From Gemmatimonadaceae bacterium (GTDB lineage Bacteria; Gemmatimonadota; Gemmatimonadetes; Gemmatimonadales; Gemmatimonadaceae): DNA of 64,000 bases. Location of the stretch: assembly GCA_040901985.1 (NCBI GenBank), contig JBBDYC010000004.1, forward strand, positions 55,097-119,096, written 5' to 3'. The translations under genes were made by a program, and so were the position numbers. The notes below the pieces were generated by a model. It did no database searches. It was not told the origin of the DNA and saw only the letters and a list, made by a program, of their open reading frames with translations. This document shows, piece by piece, positions 55,345-64,000 of the stretch. Positions within the stretch are counted from its first letter, which is position 1. Every line of letters starts with the position of its first letter.

Positions 55345-55821
55345 ATGCCGAACCATACACCAGTGATCCGGCGGGCAACCGCGGCGGACCTTCCGGCTTG
55401 GAGCGCCCTCCGGGCGCAGCTGTGGCCGGATGAGACGGCTGGCGAGCACGCGGTCGAGGCCGCGCAAATCCTCACCGCCGGCGACACCGATGCGCTGCTC
55501 GCCTTCGATGCCGCAGATCGCCTCATCGGCTTCGTCGAGGTGAGCCTGCGCTCGGTCGCCGAGGGCTGCACCAGCAGTCCGGTCGGATTTATCGAGGGCT
55601 GGTTCGTCGAGGCCTCGCATCGAAGGCAGAGCGTCGGGTCGGCGCTGGTGCGCGCCGCCGAGGACTGGGCCCGTTCGCGGGGGTGCACGGAGATGGCGAG
55701 CGACACCGAGGTGAAGAACGTCGGCTCGCAGACGGCCCACGAGCGGTTGGGCTACACGAAGGTCGCCGTCCTGGTGGCCTTCCGGCGGTCGCTCGAGCTG
55801 GGGGCGGGAGAGGAGGAGTGA
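55345..55821 (+). CDS. AAC(6')-I-like aminoglycoside N-acetyltransferase (GNAT)
   Basis: W..LR..LWP, GFVEVSLR...EGC.SSPVGFIEGWFV and GCTEMASDT...N..S...H..LG. Start ATG 55345. Confidence 0.8.
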   Translation: MPNHTPVIRRATAADLPAWSALRAQLWPDETAGEHAVEAAQILTAGDTDALLAFDAADRLIGFVEVSLRSVAEGCTSSPVGFIEGWFVEASHRRQSVGSALVRAAEDWARSRGCTEMASDTEVKNVGSQTAHERLGYTKVAVLVAFRRSLELGAGEEE

Positions 55822-55864
55822 CCGCCGGTGACACCGGCGACCGCTCGGCCCCGTAGGCTGAGGT

Positions 55865-56500
55865 ATGCAGACCCCGCTCCTCGCCCTCCAGCAGGCCACC
55901 GCCGACGCGCCGCAGGTGCCGACGCCGCCTCCGGCACCGTCGCTGCCTGGCGTGCCCCAGACGATGGCCGACGTGCTGAACTTGCGCGCCCAGCGCTCCG
56001 AGCTTTCCGACCAGGTGACCTCGGCGATGCGTCGCCGATCCAACCTCGCCAAGGAGCTGGAGACGGCCTCAGCGGCGGAGCGTCCGGGGCTCGAAGCCCG
56101 GATCAAGCAGTTGGACGACCGCATCCTTGGCATCGAGCAGGAGATTGCCCGCACGGGCCAGCTCATCGCCCTCGCCCCGGGAGAGTTTCTCGCGTCCTCG
56201 GAGCAGGCCCCCAACTTCGGCCCCTTCAATAACATGCGCCCGGACGTCACCGCCATTGCCATTGTCTTCACGATCTTCGTCCTCACGCCGCTCGCGATTG
56301 CGATGGCGCGGCTGCTCTGGAAGCGGGCCACCCACCAGGCGCCGGCGATTGACCGTGAGGCCAACGAACGGCTCAAGCGCCTCGAATCGGCCGTGGATAC
56401 CATCGCGGTCGAGGTGGAGCGGATTTCCGAAGGCCAGCGCTTCGTGACGCGGCTGATGGCCGATCGCGAGCAGCAGCGGATCGAGGCGCCGCGCGGCTAG
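55865..56500 (+). CDS. Hypothetical coiled-coil membrane protein
   Basis: N-terminal coiled coil, one TM segment, and C-terminal RLESAVDTIAVEVERISEGQRFVTRL. Confidence 0.75.
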   Translation: MQTPLLALQQATADAPQVPTPPPAPSLPGVPQTMADVLNLRAQRSELSDQVTSAMRRRSNLAKELETASAAERPGLEARIKQLDDRILGIEQEIARTGQLIALAPGEFLASSEQAPNFGPFNNMRPDVTAIAIVFTIFVLTPLAIAMARLLWKRATHQAPAIDREANERLKRLESAVDTIAVEVERISEGQRFVTRLMADREQQRIEAPRG

Positions 56501-56515
56501 GCGCGCGCGGGACCG

Positions 56516-57685
56516 CTAGCTGGAGTAGTACGACGCGTTCTCCTCGACGTATCCCTTGGTGAGGTCGCAGCCGAAGGTGACCGAGCGCCCCTCGCCGACG
56601 CCGAGGGCGATCTCGAGGTCCACCACCTCTGCGCCGAGCGCCTTGCGCACAACCGCATCGTCGAATGCCAGCCGCTCGCCCGCGCGCACCACCTGATGGC
56701 CGTTGATCCAGGCGTCGGTCGTCGCCGGCCGAACCGTGCACTCGACGCACTTCCCGACCGCCATCAGGAGCCGTCCGACATTGGGATCGGCGCCGTGCAC
56801 CATTGTCTTCACCAGCGGCGAGTTGACGACCGACTTCGCGATGCGCGTGGCCTCCCGGTCGTCGAGCGCGCCGCGCACCGTCACGCGCAGCAGATGCTCC
56901 GCGCCCTCACCGTCGCGGCCGAGCGTCTCGGCCATTCGGACGCAGCCGGCGGTGAGGGCCTCGCGGAACTCCGCCTCTTCCACCGCGCCCGCCAGTCCGT
57001 TGGCGAGGATGGCGCAAGTGTCCGAGGTGCTCGTGTCGGTGTCCACGCTCAGCCGGTTGAACGATTGATCCACGGCGGCGCGGAGCGCGCGGTCGAGCGT
57101 GGCGGCATCGAGTGCGGCGTCGGTGAAGATGTATGCGAGCATCGTCGCCATATTCGGCTCGATCATTCCCGAACCCTTGGCGACCCAGGTGATCGTCGCC
57201 TCGCCGACGCTGACCGAAAGCGCCTTGGGAAAGGTGTCGGTCGTCATGATCCCCTCGGCGCCGACGAGCGGGTCGTCCTGCAGGTCGGCGGCAATCCCGC
57301 GAATGCCGGCCTCGATCCGTTCGATCGGGAGCGGCACGCCAATTACCCCGGTCGAGCTCACGAGCACGCGGTCGGCGCTCGTCCCGAGCTCGGCGGCCGC
57401 GGCGGCGGCCATCCGACGCGCGTGCTCGAGGCCGGCGGGCCCCGTCGCGACGTTGCTGACCTTGCTGTTGGCGATGATCGCCCGCAGCCGGCCGGCCCGG
57501 ATTGTCTCGCGGCCGAGGACGATCGGTGCGCCCGGGAAGTGGTTGCGCGTGAAGACCGCGGCGGCGGCGGCGTCAACATCGCTCACAAAGAGCGTCACGT
57601 CCCTGGCGGTCGGCTTGAGCCCGACGTTGCGGCTGGCGCACCGGAATCCGCGCGGAAACCGCGGACGTTCGTGGAAGGGGTTCAT
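56516..57685 (-). CDS. argJ: Glutamate N-acetyltransferase / ornithine acetyltransferase
   Basis: STGVIG, IMTTDT, KGSGMIEPNMATML, DTSTSD, RDGEGA and GCDLT..YV. Start approximate. Confidence 0.95.
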   Translation of the reverse strand: MNPFHERPRFPRGFRCASRNVGLKPTARDVTLFVSDVDAAAAAVFTRNHFPGAPIVLGRETIRAGRLRAIIANSKVSNVATGPAGLEHARRMAAAAAAELGTSADRVLVSSTGVIGVPLPIERIEAGIRGIAADLQDDPLVGAEGIMTTDTFPKALSVSVGEATITWVAKGSGMIEPNMATMLAYIFTDAALDAATLDRALRAAVDQSFNRLSVDTDTSTSDTCAILANGLAGAVEEAEFREALTAGCVRMAETLGRDGEGAEHLLRVTVRGALDDREATRIAKSVVNSPLVKTMVHGADPNVGRLLMAVGKCVECTVRPATTDAWINGHQVVRAGERLAFDDAVVRKALGAEVVDLEIALGVGEGRSVTFGCDLTKGYVEENASYYSS

Positions 57686-57771
57686 CTGGGTGCGGAACTT
57701 AACGCGGCCCGGAAGGGGGCGTCTGACTTGGTGAACGGTGCCCCCACCGTCACTTCCTTCTGGAGACGTCA

Positions 57772-58335
57772 ATGCAGATCCAGTTTCGTACTCTCGTGCT
57801 TGCCGGTGCGGTCCTCGCCGCGCCTGCCGTGATTGTCGCGCAGGGTCCCCCGCGCGCCGCCGCCCCGGCCCAGGCGCGGCCGATGGGCGCCGGCGGTGTC
57901 ACCAGGATCCTCAACGCCCGGCGCGTGCTCGACTTGACGCCACGCCAGGTCGCCCAGCTCGACTCCATCGAACGCGTGCTCTTTGCCGAGCGCCGCGCCG
58001 CGATGGCGGGTATGCAGCCGATGCGCGACTCGGTCCGCGCCGGCGCGCGCAGCGCCGAGTCCCGGGAGGCCCGGCGCGACACGGCCCGGGCACGGATGGA
58101 GGCGATGCGGCCGCAGATGGAGCAGATGCGGCGCCGCGACTCGGTCGCCACGGCGGCCGCCCAGCGCGTGCTCACCGAGGCCCAGCGCCAGCAGTGGCGC
58201 GAGCTCCAGGCCGAGCAGCGCGGCCGGATGCAGGGGATGCGCGAGGCCCGCGGCGCGCGGCGTGACGGGATGCGCGGTCGTGCGCCAGTACGCGCCCCGC
58301 GCGACGGTGCGGCGCCGATGCGCCGGCCCGAGTAG
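57772..58335 (+). CDS. Spy/CpxP-like periplasmic protein
   Basis: Signal peptide, two LTxxQ motifs (LTPRQ, LTEAQ), and Met/Arg-rich helices. Confidence 0.75.
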   Translation: MQIQFRTLVLAGAVLAAPAVIVAQGPPRAAAPAQARPMGAGGVTRILNARRVLDLTPRQVAQLDSIERVLFAERRAAMAGMQPMRDSVRAGARSAESREARRDTARARMEAMRPQMEQMRRRDSVATAAAQRVLTEAQRQQWRELQAEQRGRMQGMREARGARRDGMRGRAPVRAPRDGAAPMRRPE

Positions 58336-58364
58336 CGGCCCCAGTAGCGGCGCGGGTAGCGGGG

Positions 58365-58404
58365 AGGTCCGGGGGGACGCAGTATTCGGCGTCCCCCCGG
58401 ACCT
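58365..58404 (+). terminator. Strong hairpin, probable terminator or mRNA-stabilising stem
   Basis: Perfect 16-bp inverted repeat aggtccggggggacgc/gcgtccccccggacct with 8-nt loop, followed by ttctcct. Confidence 0.65.
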
Positions 58405-58425
58405 TTCTCCTGTCAGGAGTACCTA

Positions 58426-59154
58426 ATGATGACTGAACCGACCGCCCTCGCCGCCGCGCCGGAGCAGGCCTCGTTGGTCGAGGACTTCGTGGATATCCTC
58501 TTCGCGCCGTCGAAGGTCTTTGCGCGGCGCGCGGGAGGGGCGTGGGCGAGCTACTTCATCGTCGCCGCGCTGCTCGGTGTCCTCTACTTTGTGAACACCG
58601 GCGCGATGCAGGGCATCATGGATGCCGAGGTCAACCGCGCGATCGCCAAGGCGATGGAGGCGAACCCGAGCCTGACCGACGACCAAGCGATGGGAATGCG
58701 ATCAATGATGGAGGCCTCGATCAAGTGGGGCGCGCTCGTCATCCTGCCGATCGCGCTCCTCCTGCTCGGGCTCAGCGTGATGCTGGTCGGCAAGGTCCTC
58801 GGCGGCACCATTGGCTTCGGGATGGGCGTGATGATCGCGTCGTACGCCTACGTGCCGCGCGTGATCGAGGGGATGGGCGTCGCGGTCCAGGCCCTCCTGC
58901 TCGACACGTCCACGTTTGCCGGCCGCTACTCCTTCACGCTCGGCGTCGGCCGCTTCTTGGATTCCTCGGGGAAGCAGGGGCTGTATAACCTGCTCGGCCG
59001 GGTGGACCTCATCACGATCTGGGTGACCATTCTCGTCGCGATCGGCCTGGTCCACGCCGCCAAGGTGCCCAAGGACAAGGCGATCATCGGAGCCGTGGTG
59101 CTGTGGGTGCTCGGTGCGCTGCCCGCGCTCTGGCAACTCGCGACGGGGGCCTAG
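58426..59154 (+). CDS. Yip1-family membrane protein
   Basis: ILFAPSKVF N-terminal motif and about five TM segments. Confidence 0.72.
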   Translation: MMTEPTALAAAPEQASLVEDFVDILFAPSKVFARRAGGAWASYFIVAALLGVLYFVNTGAMQGIMDAEVNRAIAKAMEANPSLTDDQAMGMRSMMEASIKWGALVILPIALLLLGLSVMLVGKVLGGTIGFGMGVMIASYAYVPRVIEGMGVAVQALLLDTSTFAGRYSFTLGVGRFLDSSGKQGLYNLLGRVDLITIWVTILVAIGLVHAAKVPKDKAIIGAVVLWVLGALPALWQLATGA

Positions 59155-59615
59155 CCGAGCCGCCGCGCGAAGCAGTGCTTCTCGCCGACCTCGATCTCGG
59201 TCCGGTCCACCGTCAGGTAGCGCGAGATCTTCTCCGGGTACCGGTCGAGCGGTGCGCGCTCGAAGCCGCAGTTCAGGAAGAGTTCGTCGGCGTACGAGAC
59301 GGCGAAGAGGTCGGCGTAGCCGCGTGCGCGGGCGAGCTCCACCGCTGCGCCGATCAGGGCACGGCCGTGGCCAAGGCCGTGGGCGTCCTCTTCCACCGCC
59401 AACGAGATGATCTCCGCCACCGAGGGCGAGTACTCGTCGAGCGCCACGCACCCGATGATCCCCCCGGCCGCGTCGCGCAACACGCGATAGTCGCTCAGGT
59501 GGTTGGCGGCGAACTCCGGCGTCCGCACGAGGGTGAGCCCCGACGCCGCGTAGCGATTGTTGAGCGAGACGAGCATCGGGATGTCCGTCTCGTGCGCAGC
59601 GCCGATCCGGGTCAT
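59151..59615 (-). CDS. GNAT acetyltransferase, short N-acetylglutamate synthase (ArgA)-like
   Basis: L.N.YA..G..L.R, IIGCVAL, AEIISLAV, G.G.G..L and PEKI. ATGA-coupled to the permease. Confidence 0.78.
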   Translation of the reverse strand: MTRIGAAHETDIPMLVSLNNRYAASGLTLVRTPEFAANHLSDYRVLRDAAGGIIGCVALDEYSPSVAEIISLAVEEDAHGLGHGRALIGAAVELARARGYADLFAVSYADELFLNCGFERAPLDRYPEKISRYLTVDRTEIEVGEKHCFARRLG

Positions 59616-61333
59616 CGTTCGATTGACTCCAGGCGCCGCACCGCGATGCGGATCGGCACGATGGTCGCCACGATGCAGACGAGCGCCGCCAGCCCGAATC
59701 CGACGAGCATCTCGGTCGGCTCGATCGGCTGGTCGAACGCGCGCGCCGAGAGGAATCCGTACACCGGTCGCGCCTCGAGGATGACCACGCCGCCAATCAC
59801 CACCACCGAGGCCATCATGTACAGCAACCCGCCGAACGACGTCGGGATCTGCGCCGCGTTCTCGGTCTCGAACTGCGGGAAGAGCGTGCCGAATCCGATC
59901 GCCAGCCCGCAGAGGGCGAAGGTCATCAGGGTGATCGTGCCAATCGAGACGAAGAACATGAAGTCGGTCACCTCCAGCAGGTAATCCGTCACGCCCACGA
60001 TCGCCACGGCGAGGATCAGGAGCGGCAGCGTGCCGACCCAGAACTTCGCCCAGAGGAGGTCGCGCACGGCCATCGGGCTCGACCGCAGCAGCCAGAGCGT
60101 ACGCCCCTCGAGCGACACGCCGGGAAAGATGAACCGCGCGGCGATGGACGCGAGCACGAATCCGGCCAGCACGAGATTGAGGAACGGGACGACGTTCACG
60201 AGGAAGAACGTGATGCCCTCGCCGCGCAGCGGGAGGTACTTGATGTTGAAGACGTAGACGACCACCAGCACCGCCAGCAGGATCAGCTGGGACCACTGCG
60301 TGGTGTCGCGGAAGAAGAGGCGGAGCTCCTTCATCACGAGTTCGCGGCGGAGGATGCCGAACGGCCGGAGGAGCCGCGCGCCGAGCGCGCCGAGCACGCC
60401 CCGCGCGCGAACGAAGCGCTGCGAGCTCTCCTGCGCCTTGCTGAAGCCCGCCAGGTAGAGCCAGCGGTGGAGCAGGGCGCCCAGCACCACCACCGCCGCC
60501 GCGGTCGTCCAGAGCAGGTAGAGCGAGAGCCAGTCGGGCGTGCCGCCGAGGTAGCCCATCGTCGCCTTCTGCACCCACTCGCTCGGCAGGAGCGGTGACG
60601 TCGGCGTGCGCAGCACCGCGATGAAGTCCATCAGCGAGCGAAACCCCTCCGGCCGCGCCAGCCGCTCCGGGCGGACGATCCGGAAGAGGAGGACGATGCC
60701 GCCGGCGGTGAGCACGGCAATCACGCTGAGGATGTCCCGCGTGCGACGCGCCGGGAAGATGTTCACCAGCGTCAGCGTCACGGCGCTGCCGATCACCGCC
60801 GGGATCACGAACAGCGGCACCATCAGCAGGACGACGAGGATCGGGAAGAGCCACCCGCCCCGATACACGATGCCGTACGCGGTGAACATCGGGATCGCGA
60901 CGATGAACACCATCCAGCTCGACGCGATCACCGTCTCGAGCAGCTTGGCGCCGTAGAGCCGTAGCCAGTCCACCGGCGCGGCGACGAGCATGTCGAGGTC
61001 CTTGGCGAGGAAGAAGCTCGAGAGCGCGGTGATGACGTTCGACAACAGCAGGATCGAGGTGAAGCCGAGGAGGATCAGCCCCAGCAACTTGCCGGCGAGG
61101 AGCGCGCCGATCTCCTCGACGCCGCGGAAGTAGGTCAGCAGCCGGAAGAGCACACCGAAGACGAAGCCCCAGAAGAGGAGCCCGACGGTGCCGAGGATGG
61201 CGAGCCGCGCGCCCCGCCCCTTCTCGCCCTCGACGGTCCGGGCGCGCGCGGTGAGCCACTTCGGCAGGAGCAGGTGCAGCAACGGGGGATCGGGGAGCGG
61301 CGCCTCGGTGCGGCGCTCCCCGGTCGTCAGCAT
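59612..61333 (-). CDS. Putative ABC exporter permease
   Basis: About 12 TM segments; DLDMLVAAPV, KELRLFFRD and SLEGRTLWLLRSSP..LLWAKF. Start ATG 61333. Confidence 0.85.
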   Translation of the reverse strand: MLTTGERRTEAPLPDPPLLHLLLPKWLTARARTVEGEKGRGARLAILGTVGLLFWGFVFGVLFRLLTYFRGVEEIGALLAGKLLGLILLGFTSILLLSNVITALSSFFLAKDLDMLVAAPVDWLRLYGAKLLETVIASSWMVFIVAIPMFTAYGIVYRGGWLFPILVVLLMVPLFVIPAVIGSAVTLTLVNIFPARRTRDILSVIAVLTAGGIVLLFRIVRPERLARPEGFRSLMDFIAVLRTPTSPLLPSEWVQKATMGYLGGTPDWLSLYLLWTTAAAVVVLGALLHRWLYLAGFSKAQESSQRFVRARGVLGALGARLLRPFGILRRELVMKELRLFFRDTTQWSQLILLAVLVVVYVFNIKYLPLRGEGITFFLVNVVPFLNLVLAGFVLASIAARFIFPGVSLEGRTLWLLRSSPMAVRDLLWAKFWVGTLPLLILAVAIVGVTDYLLEVTDFMFFVSIGTITLMTFALCGLAIGFGTLFPQFETENAAQIPTSFGGLLYMMASVVVIGGVVILEARPVYGFLSARAFDQPIEPTEMLVGFGLAALVCIVATIVPIRIAVRRLESIER

Positions 61334-61343
61334 CGGGAGGACC

Positions 61344-62102
61344 TCAGGCGTCGAGGACATCCACCAGCACCCGGGCCGCATTCTCACCCGTCAGTCGCAG
61401 GAAGATCTCCTCGAGGCCGCGTTCGCCCCCCTGGAGGTCGCGCCGCAGGTCGCTCATCGTGCCGTACGCCTTGATCGTGCCCTGCACGATGATCGCCATC
61501 CGGTCGCAGAGCGACTCGGCCACCTCGAGCGTGTGCGTCGAGAAGATGATGGTGTGGCCGCGCCGCGTGTACTCGCGGAAGAGGTCCTTGAGGATCTTTG
61601 CCGCCTTGGGATCGAGGCCGATCATCGGCTCGTCCACCACAATCACCTCGGGCCGGTGCACGAACGCGCTCGAGATGATCAGCTTCTGGCGCATCCCGTG
61701 CGAATAGCTCTCGACGAGTTCGTCGCGCCACTCCTCGAGGTCGAAGAGCGCCAGCAGCTCGCGCGCCCGATGCTCGACCTGCTCCCCTTCCTGGTCGTAC
61801 AGGCCGGCGACGAAGCGGAGGAACTCCATTCCGGTCAACTTCTCGTAAATGAACGGACGGTCGGGGATGAAGCCGAGCTTCGATTTCGCCTTGACCGGGT
61901 CGGTCGCCATGTCCACGCCGGCGACGCGGATCGTCCCGCCGGTCGGCTGGAGGATCCCGGCGATCATCCGCAACGTCGTCGTCTTCCCGGCGCCGTTGGG
62001 GCCGAGGAATCCGAAAAGTTCGCCCTTCGGGACGACGAGGTCAATCGCGTCCACGGCCATGAAGTCGCCGTAGGCCTTCGAGAGCCGGTGCAGTTCGATC
62101 AT
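61344..62102 (-). CDS. ABC transporter ATP-binding protein
   Basis: GPNGAGKTT, YSHGMRQK and VDEPMIGLDP. Confidence 0.94.
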   Translation of the reverse strand: MIELHRLSKAYGDFMAVDAIDLVVPKGELFGFLGPNGAGKTTTLRMIAGILQPTGGTIRVAGVDMATDPVKAKSKLGFIPDRPFIYEKLTGMEFLRFVAGLYDQEGEQVEHRARELLALFDLEEWRDELVESYSHGMRQKLIISSAFVHRPEVIVVDEPMIGLDPKAAKILKDLFREYTRRGHTIIFSTHTLEVAESLCDRMAIIVQGTIKAYGTMSDLRRDLQGGERGLEEIFLRLTGENAARVLVDVLDA

Positions 62103-63694
62103 CGTGCGTCGAGGACCTCGATCCGAAGGGTGCCGACGAGCCGCAGCAACTCGCCCTGGTGGGCAAGTCCGCCCTGGACGAAGCGCAGGTGCGCGGCATC
62201 AGCGGGGAACTGTCCAAAGGTGGGATCCACCGCGACCCAGTCCCGCAGGCGCACCTCGGGCCACGCGTGGTAGTAGAACTTGCCGTTCACATACGCGAGC
62301 CCGGTGGCGATCCGCGCCGGGATCCCCGCCGCACGGGCCAGCGCCACGTAGAGCTGGGTATGTTCGTTGCAGTCGCCGCGCCGGCTGCGGAGCACCTGCA
62401 GCGCGCTTGGCACGGTCAGCGTCACGACCTTCTCCAGCGAGTCGTGCACCCAGCGGTTGATCCGCTCGGCCACCACGCGCGGGTTGCGTTCGTTGCCGGC
62501 GATCCGGACCGCCAGCTCGACGATCTCGCGGTGCGTCACCGGGAGCAGCGGTTCGGCGCGGAGTTCGTTGCGCCAGCGCTGGCGGAATCCGACGCCGCTC
62601 GTCGCGAGCGTCCAGTCGGCGGCGAGGACGTCCCGTCCCTCGCGCGTGACGCGCAGCGTGTCGCGGCTCAGCCGCTGGCGGCCGCCGTGGAGATCGAATC
62701 CGCCGAGCGGCACCCCGGTCAACCGCACGCGCAGCTGGCTCGGTCCGTCGGCGCCGGGCAGTGCGCCGGCCGCGATGGCGGTCCCCTCGAGCAGGTCGCC
62801 GAGCGTCGCCGTCGCGGCGGCCGACCCGCCGGTGGCCGGGCCGCGGGTGCGTCGCCAGTTCTCGAACGCGAGCTCGTACGCGATTCGCCGGAGCGTGATG
62901 CCGCCCGGCTGCGTCGCCTCGACGACATTCCCCTGCGCGTCCACCCAGCCGGTGAAGCCAGCGCCCTCCTCGGGCGCGAGCTGCCAGGCGCGCACCGTGT
63001 CGCGGTTGGCCTCGACGAAGAGGTCCGAGGACGCGTCGTAGCGCGCGCTGTCGATGACCGTGAAGACCGATTCGGCGAGGATGCGGATCCGCTGGTCGCG
63101 GCGCGTCATCGTCGTGGGATCGAAGCTCGCCAAGGTCACCGTCCGGCCGACCTTCGGTTGGGCGATGAGGATCGCCGCCGCCGGGAGCAGCGTCGGCACG
63201 AGGATCGGCCCCTCGACGGCGATGCGCTGGGTGTCGGCCGGCTGCCCGGGGGCGCGGATGACGAATGTCACGACGCTGTCACCCTCGGTGCGTCCGGTGA
63301 CGCCCATCGGCGCGTCGGGGGCGTCCACCTGCACATCGAACGCCCGCAGGGCGAGTCCGCGCGAGAGCGTCACCACGCTGCGCGCGCTCGCGCGATAGAC
63401 GCGGCCGGCGACCGGCAAGTCGGCGATGAAGTAGTCCACCACCTCGAACGTCGTGGAGCTCGTGTCAATGCTCGTCGAGGCGAACCCGATCTGCCGGCCA
63501 TCCTGCTCGACGACGAAGAAGGTCGTGCCGGGGCCGAGGCGCAGGGCCGCCTCGGCGAGGACCGCGGCGTGCTCGCGGAGGAACTCCCGGTTGATGAGGA
63601 GCCCCATCCCGCCGGCCCAGGCGAGGAGGATGCCGACCGAGAGCAGCAGGCGCCCGCGCGCGCGGGCCGGTCGGCTCGACGCGGTCGTGGTCAC
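62099..63694 (-). CDS. Membrane-anchored transglutaminase-like domain protein
   Basis: N-terminal TM segment and Cys-His-Asp triad motifs GDCNEH, YHAWPEV and WVAVDPT. Confidence 0.88.
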   Translation of the reverse strand: MTTTASSRPARARGRLLLSVGILLAWAGGMGLLINREFLREHAAVLAEAALRLGPGTTFFVVEQDGRQIGFASTSIDTSSTTFEVVDYFIADLPVAGRVYRASARSVVTLSRGLALRAFDVQVDAPDAPMGVTGRTEGDSVVTFVIRAPGQPADTQRIAVEGPILVPTLLPAAAILIAQPKVGRTVTLASFDPTTMTRRDQRIRILAESVFTVIDSARYDASSDLFVEANRDTVRAWQLAPEEGAGFTGWVDAQGNVVEATQPGGITLRRIAYELAFENWRRTRGPATGGSAAATATLGDLLEGTAIAAGALPGADGPSQLRVRLTGVPLGGFDLHGGRQRLSRDTLRVTREGRDVLAADWTLATSGVGFRQRWRNELRAEPLLPVTHREIVELAVRIAGNERNPRVVAERINRWVHDSLEKVVTLTVPSALQVLRSRRGDCNEHTQLYVALARAAGIPARIATGLAYVNGKFYYHAWPEVRLRDWVAVDPTFGQFPADAAHLRFVQGGLAHQGELLRLVGTLRIEVLDAR

Positions 63695-64000
63695 GGGCGT
63701 TGGGCGTCCCGCGCGCGACGATAGAAAATCGCCGCCTCCGGCGACCGACCGAGTCGGTCGAGGACGATCCCGACGCCCTTGAGCGCGCGCCAGTGCTCCG
63801 GATCGAGTTCGCTGGCGCGCTCGTACGCGGCGAGCGCCTCGACGAGCCGGTCGGCGTGGTTCAACGCCTCGCCGACGAAGTAGTGGGCCATCGCGTTTTC
63901 CGGCGCCAGTGCCACCCCGCGCTGGAGCGGCTCGATTGCGTCCCGCCAGCGGCCGCGCCGGCAGGCGAGCATCCCCGTCTGCAGGAGGACCTCGGCGTCG
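63691..64000 (-). CDS. Tetratricopeptide repeat protein (5' end outside the window)
   Basis: Consecutive TPR units (EALAAYERASELDP). The frame stays open to the window edge. Confidence 0.8.
   Translation of the reverse strand, partial: DAEVLLQTGMLACRRGRWRDAIEPLQRGVALAPENAMAHYFVGEALNHADRLVEALAAYERASELDPEHWRALKGVGIVLDRLGRSPEAAIFYRRARDAQRP

Overview
A very GC-rich, densely coding bacterial chromosomal window of about 60 genes. Gene content and style suggest Gemmatimonadota, but that is inference. Most of it is housekeeping: a POT peptide transporter and opp/dpp-type ABC operon, a lipoate ligase with gcvP and gcvH, coaE, tdk, an aminotransferase, sbcDC, PTPS-folE-SDR, a YbdK ligase, a long-chain acyl-CoA ligase, ligA, ferritin, pyrimidine-nucleoside phosphorylase, recF-DUF721-gyrB, glpK and argJ. 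I saw no rRNA, tRNA, CRISPR, transposase or integrase. The most notable features are: (1) an unannotated ~150-200 nt rod-shaped RNA at ~30.7 kb with its own sigma70-type promoter and a 15-bp terminator hairpin (6S-like, or a leader for the pterin operon); (2) a mammalian-type CX5HGH PTPS + FolE + SDR operon, a candidate tetrahydrobiopterin pathway; (3) a type IV minor-pilin cluster split by an AraC-type regulator and carrying a frameshifted pilW-like gene; (4) an ECF sigma/anti-sigma operon with two exported HEAT-repeat proteins and heptamer repeat tracts; (5) three apparent pseudoenzymes (a DEAD-less helicase with a KPRG repeat tail, a degenerate CcmF, and a Trm112-like/methyltransferase-like fusion); (6) a TPR-transglutaminase-ABC exporter-GNAT operon; (7) an aac(6')-I-like gene; and (8) a small membrane ORF missed by the ORF track. 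All product calls come from motif recognition by eye, with no database searches. Several start codons were re-chosen from overlaps and context.
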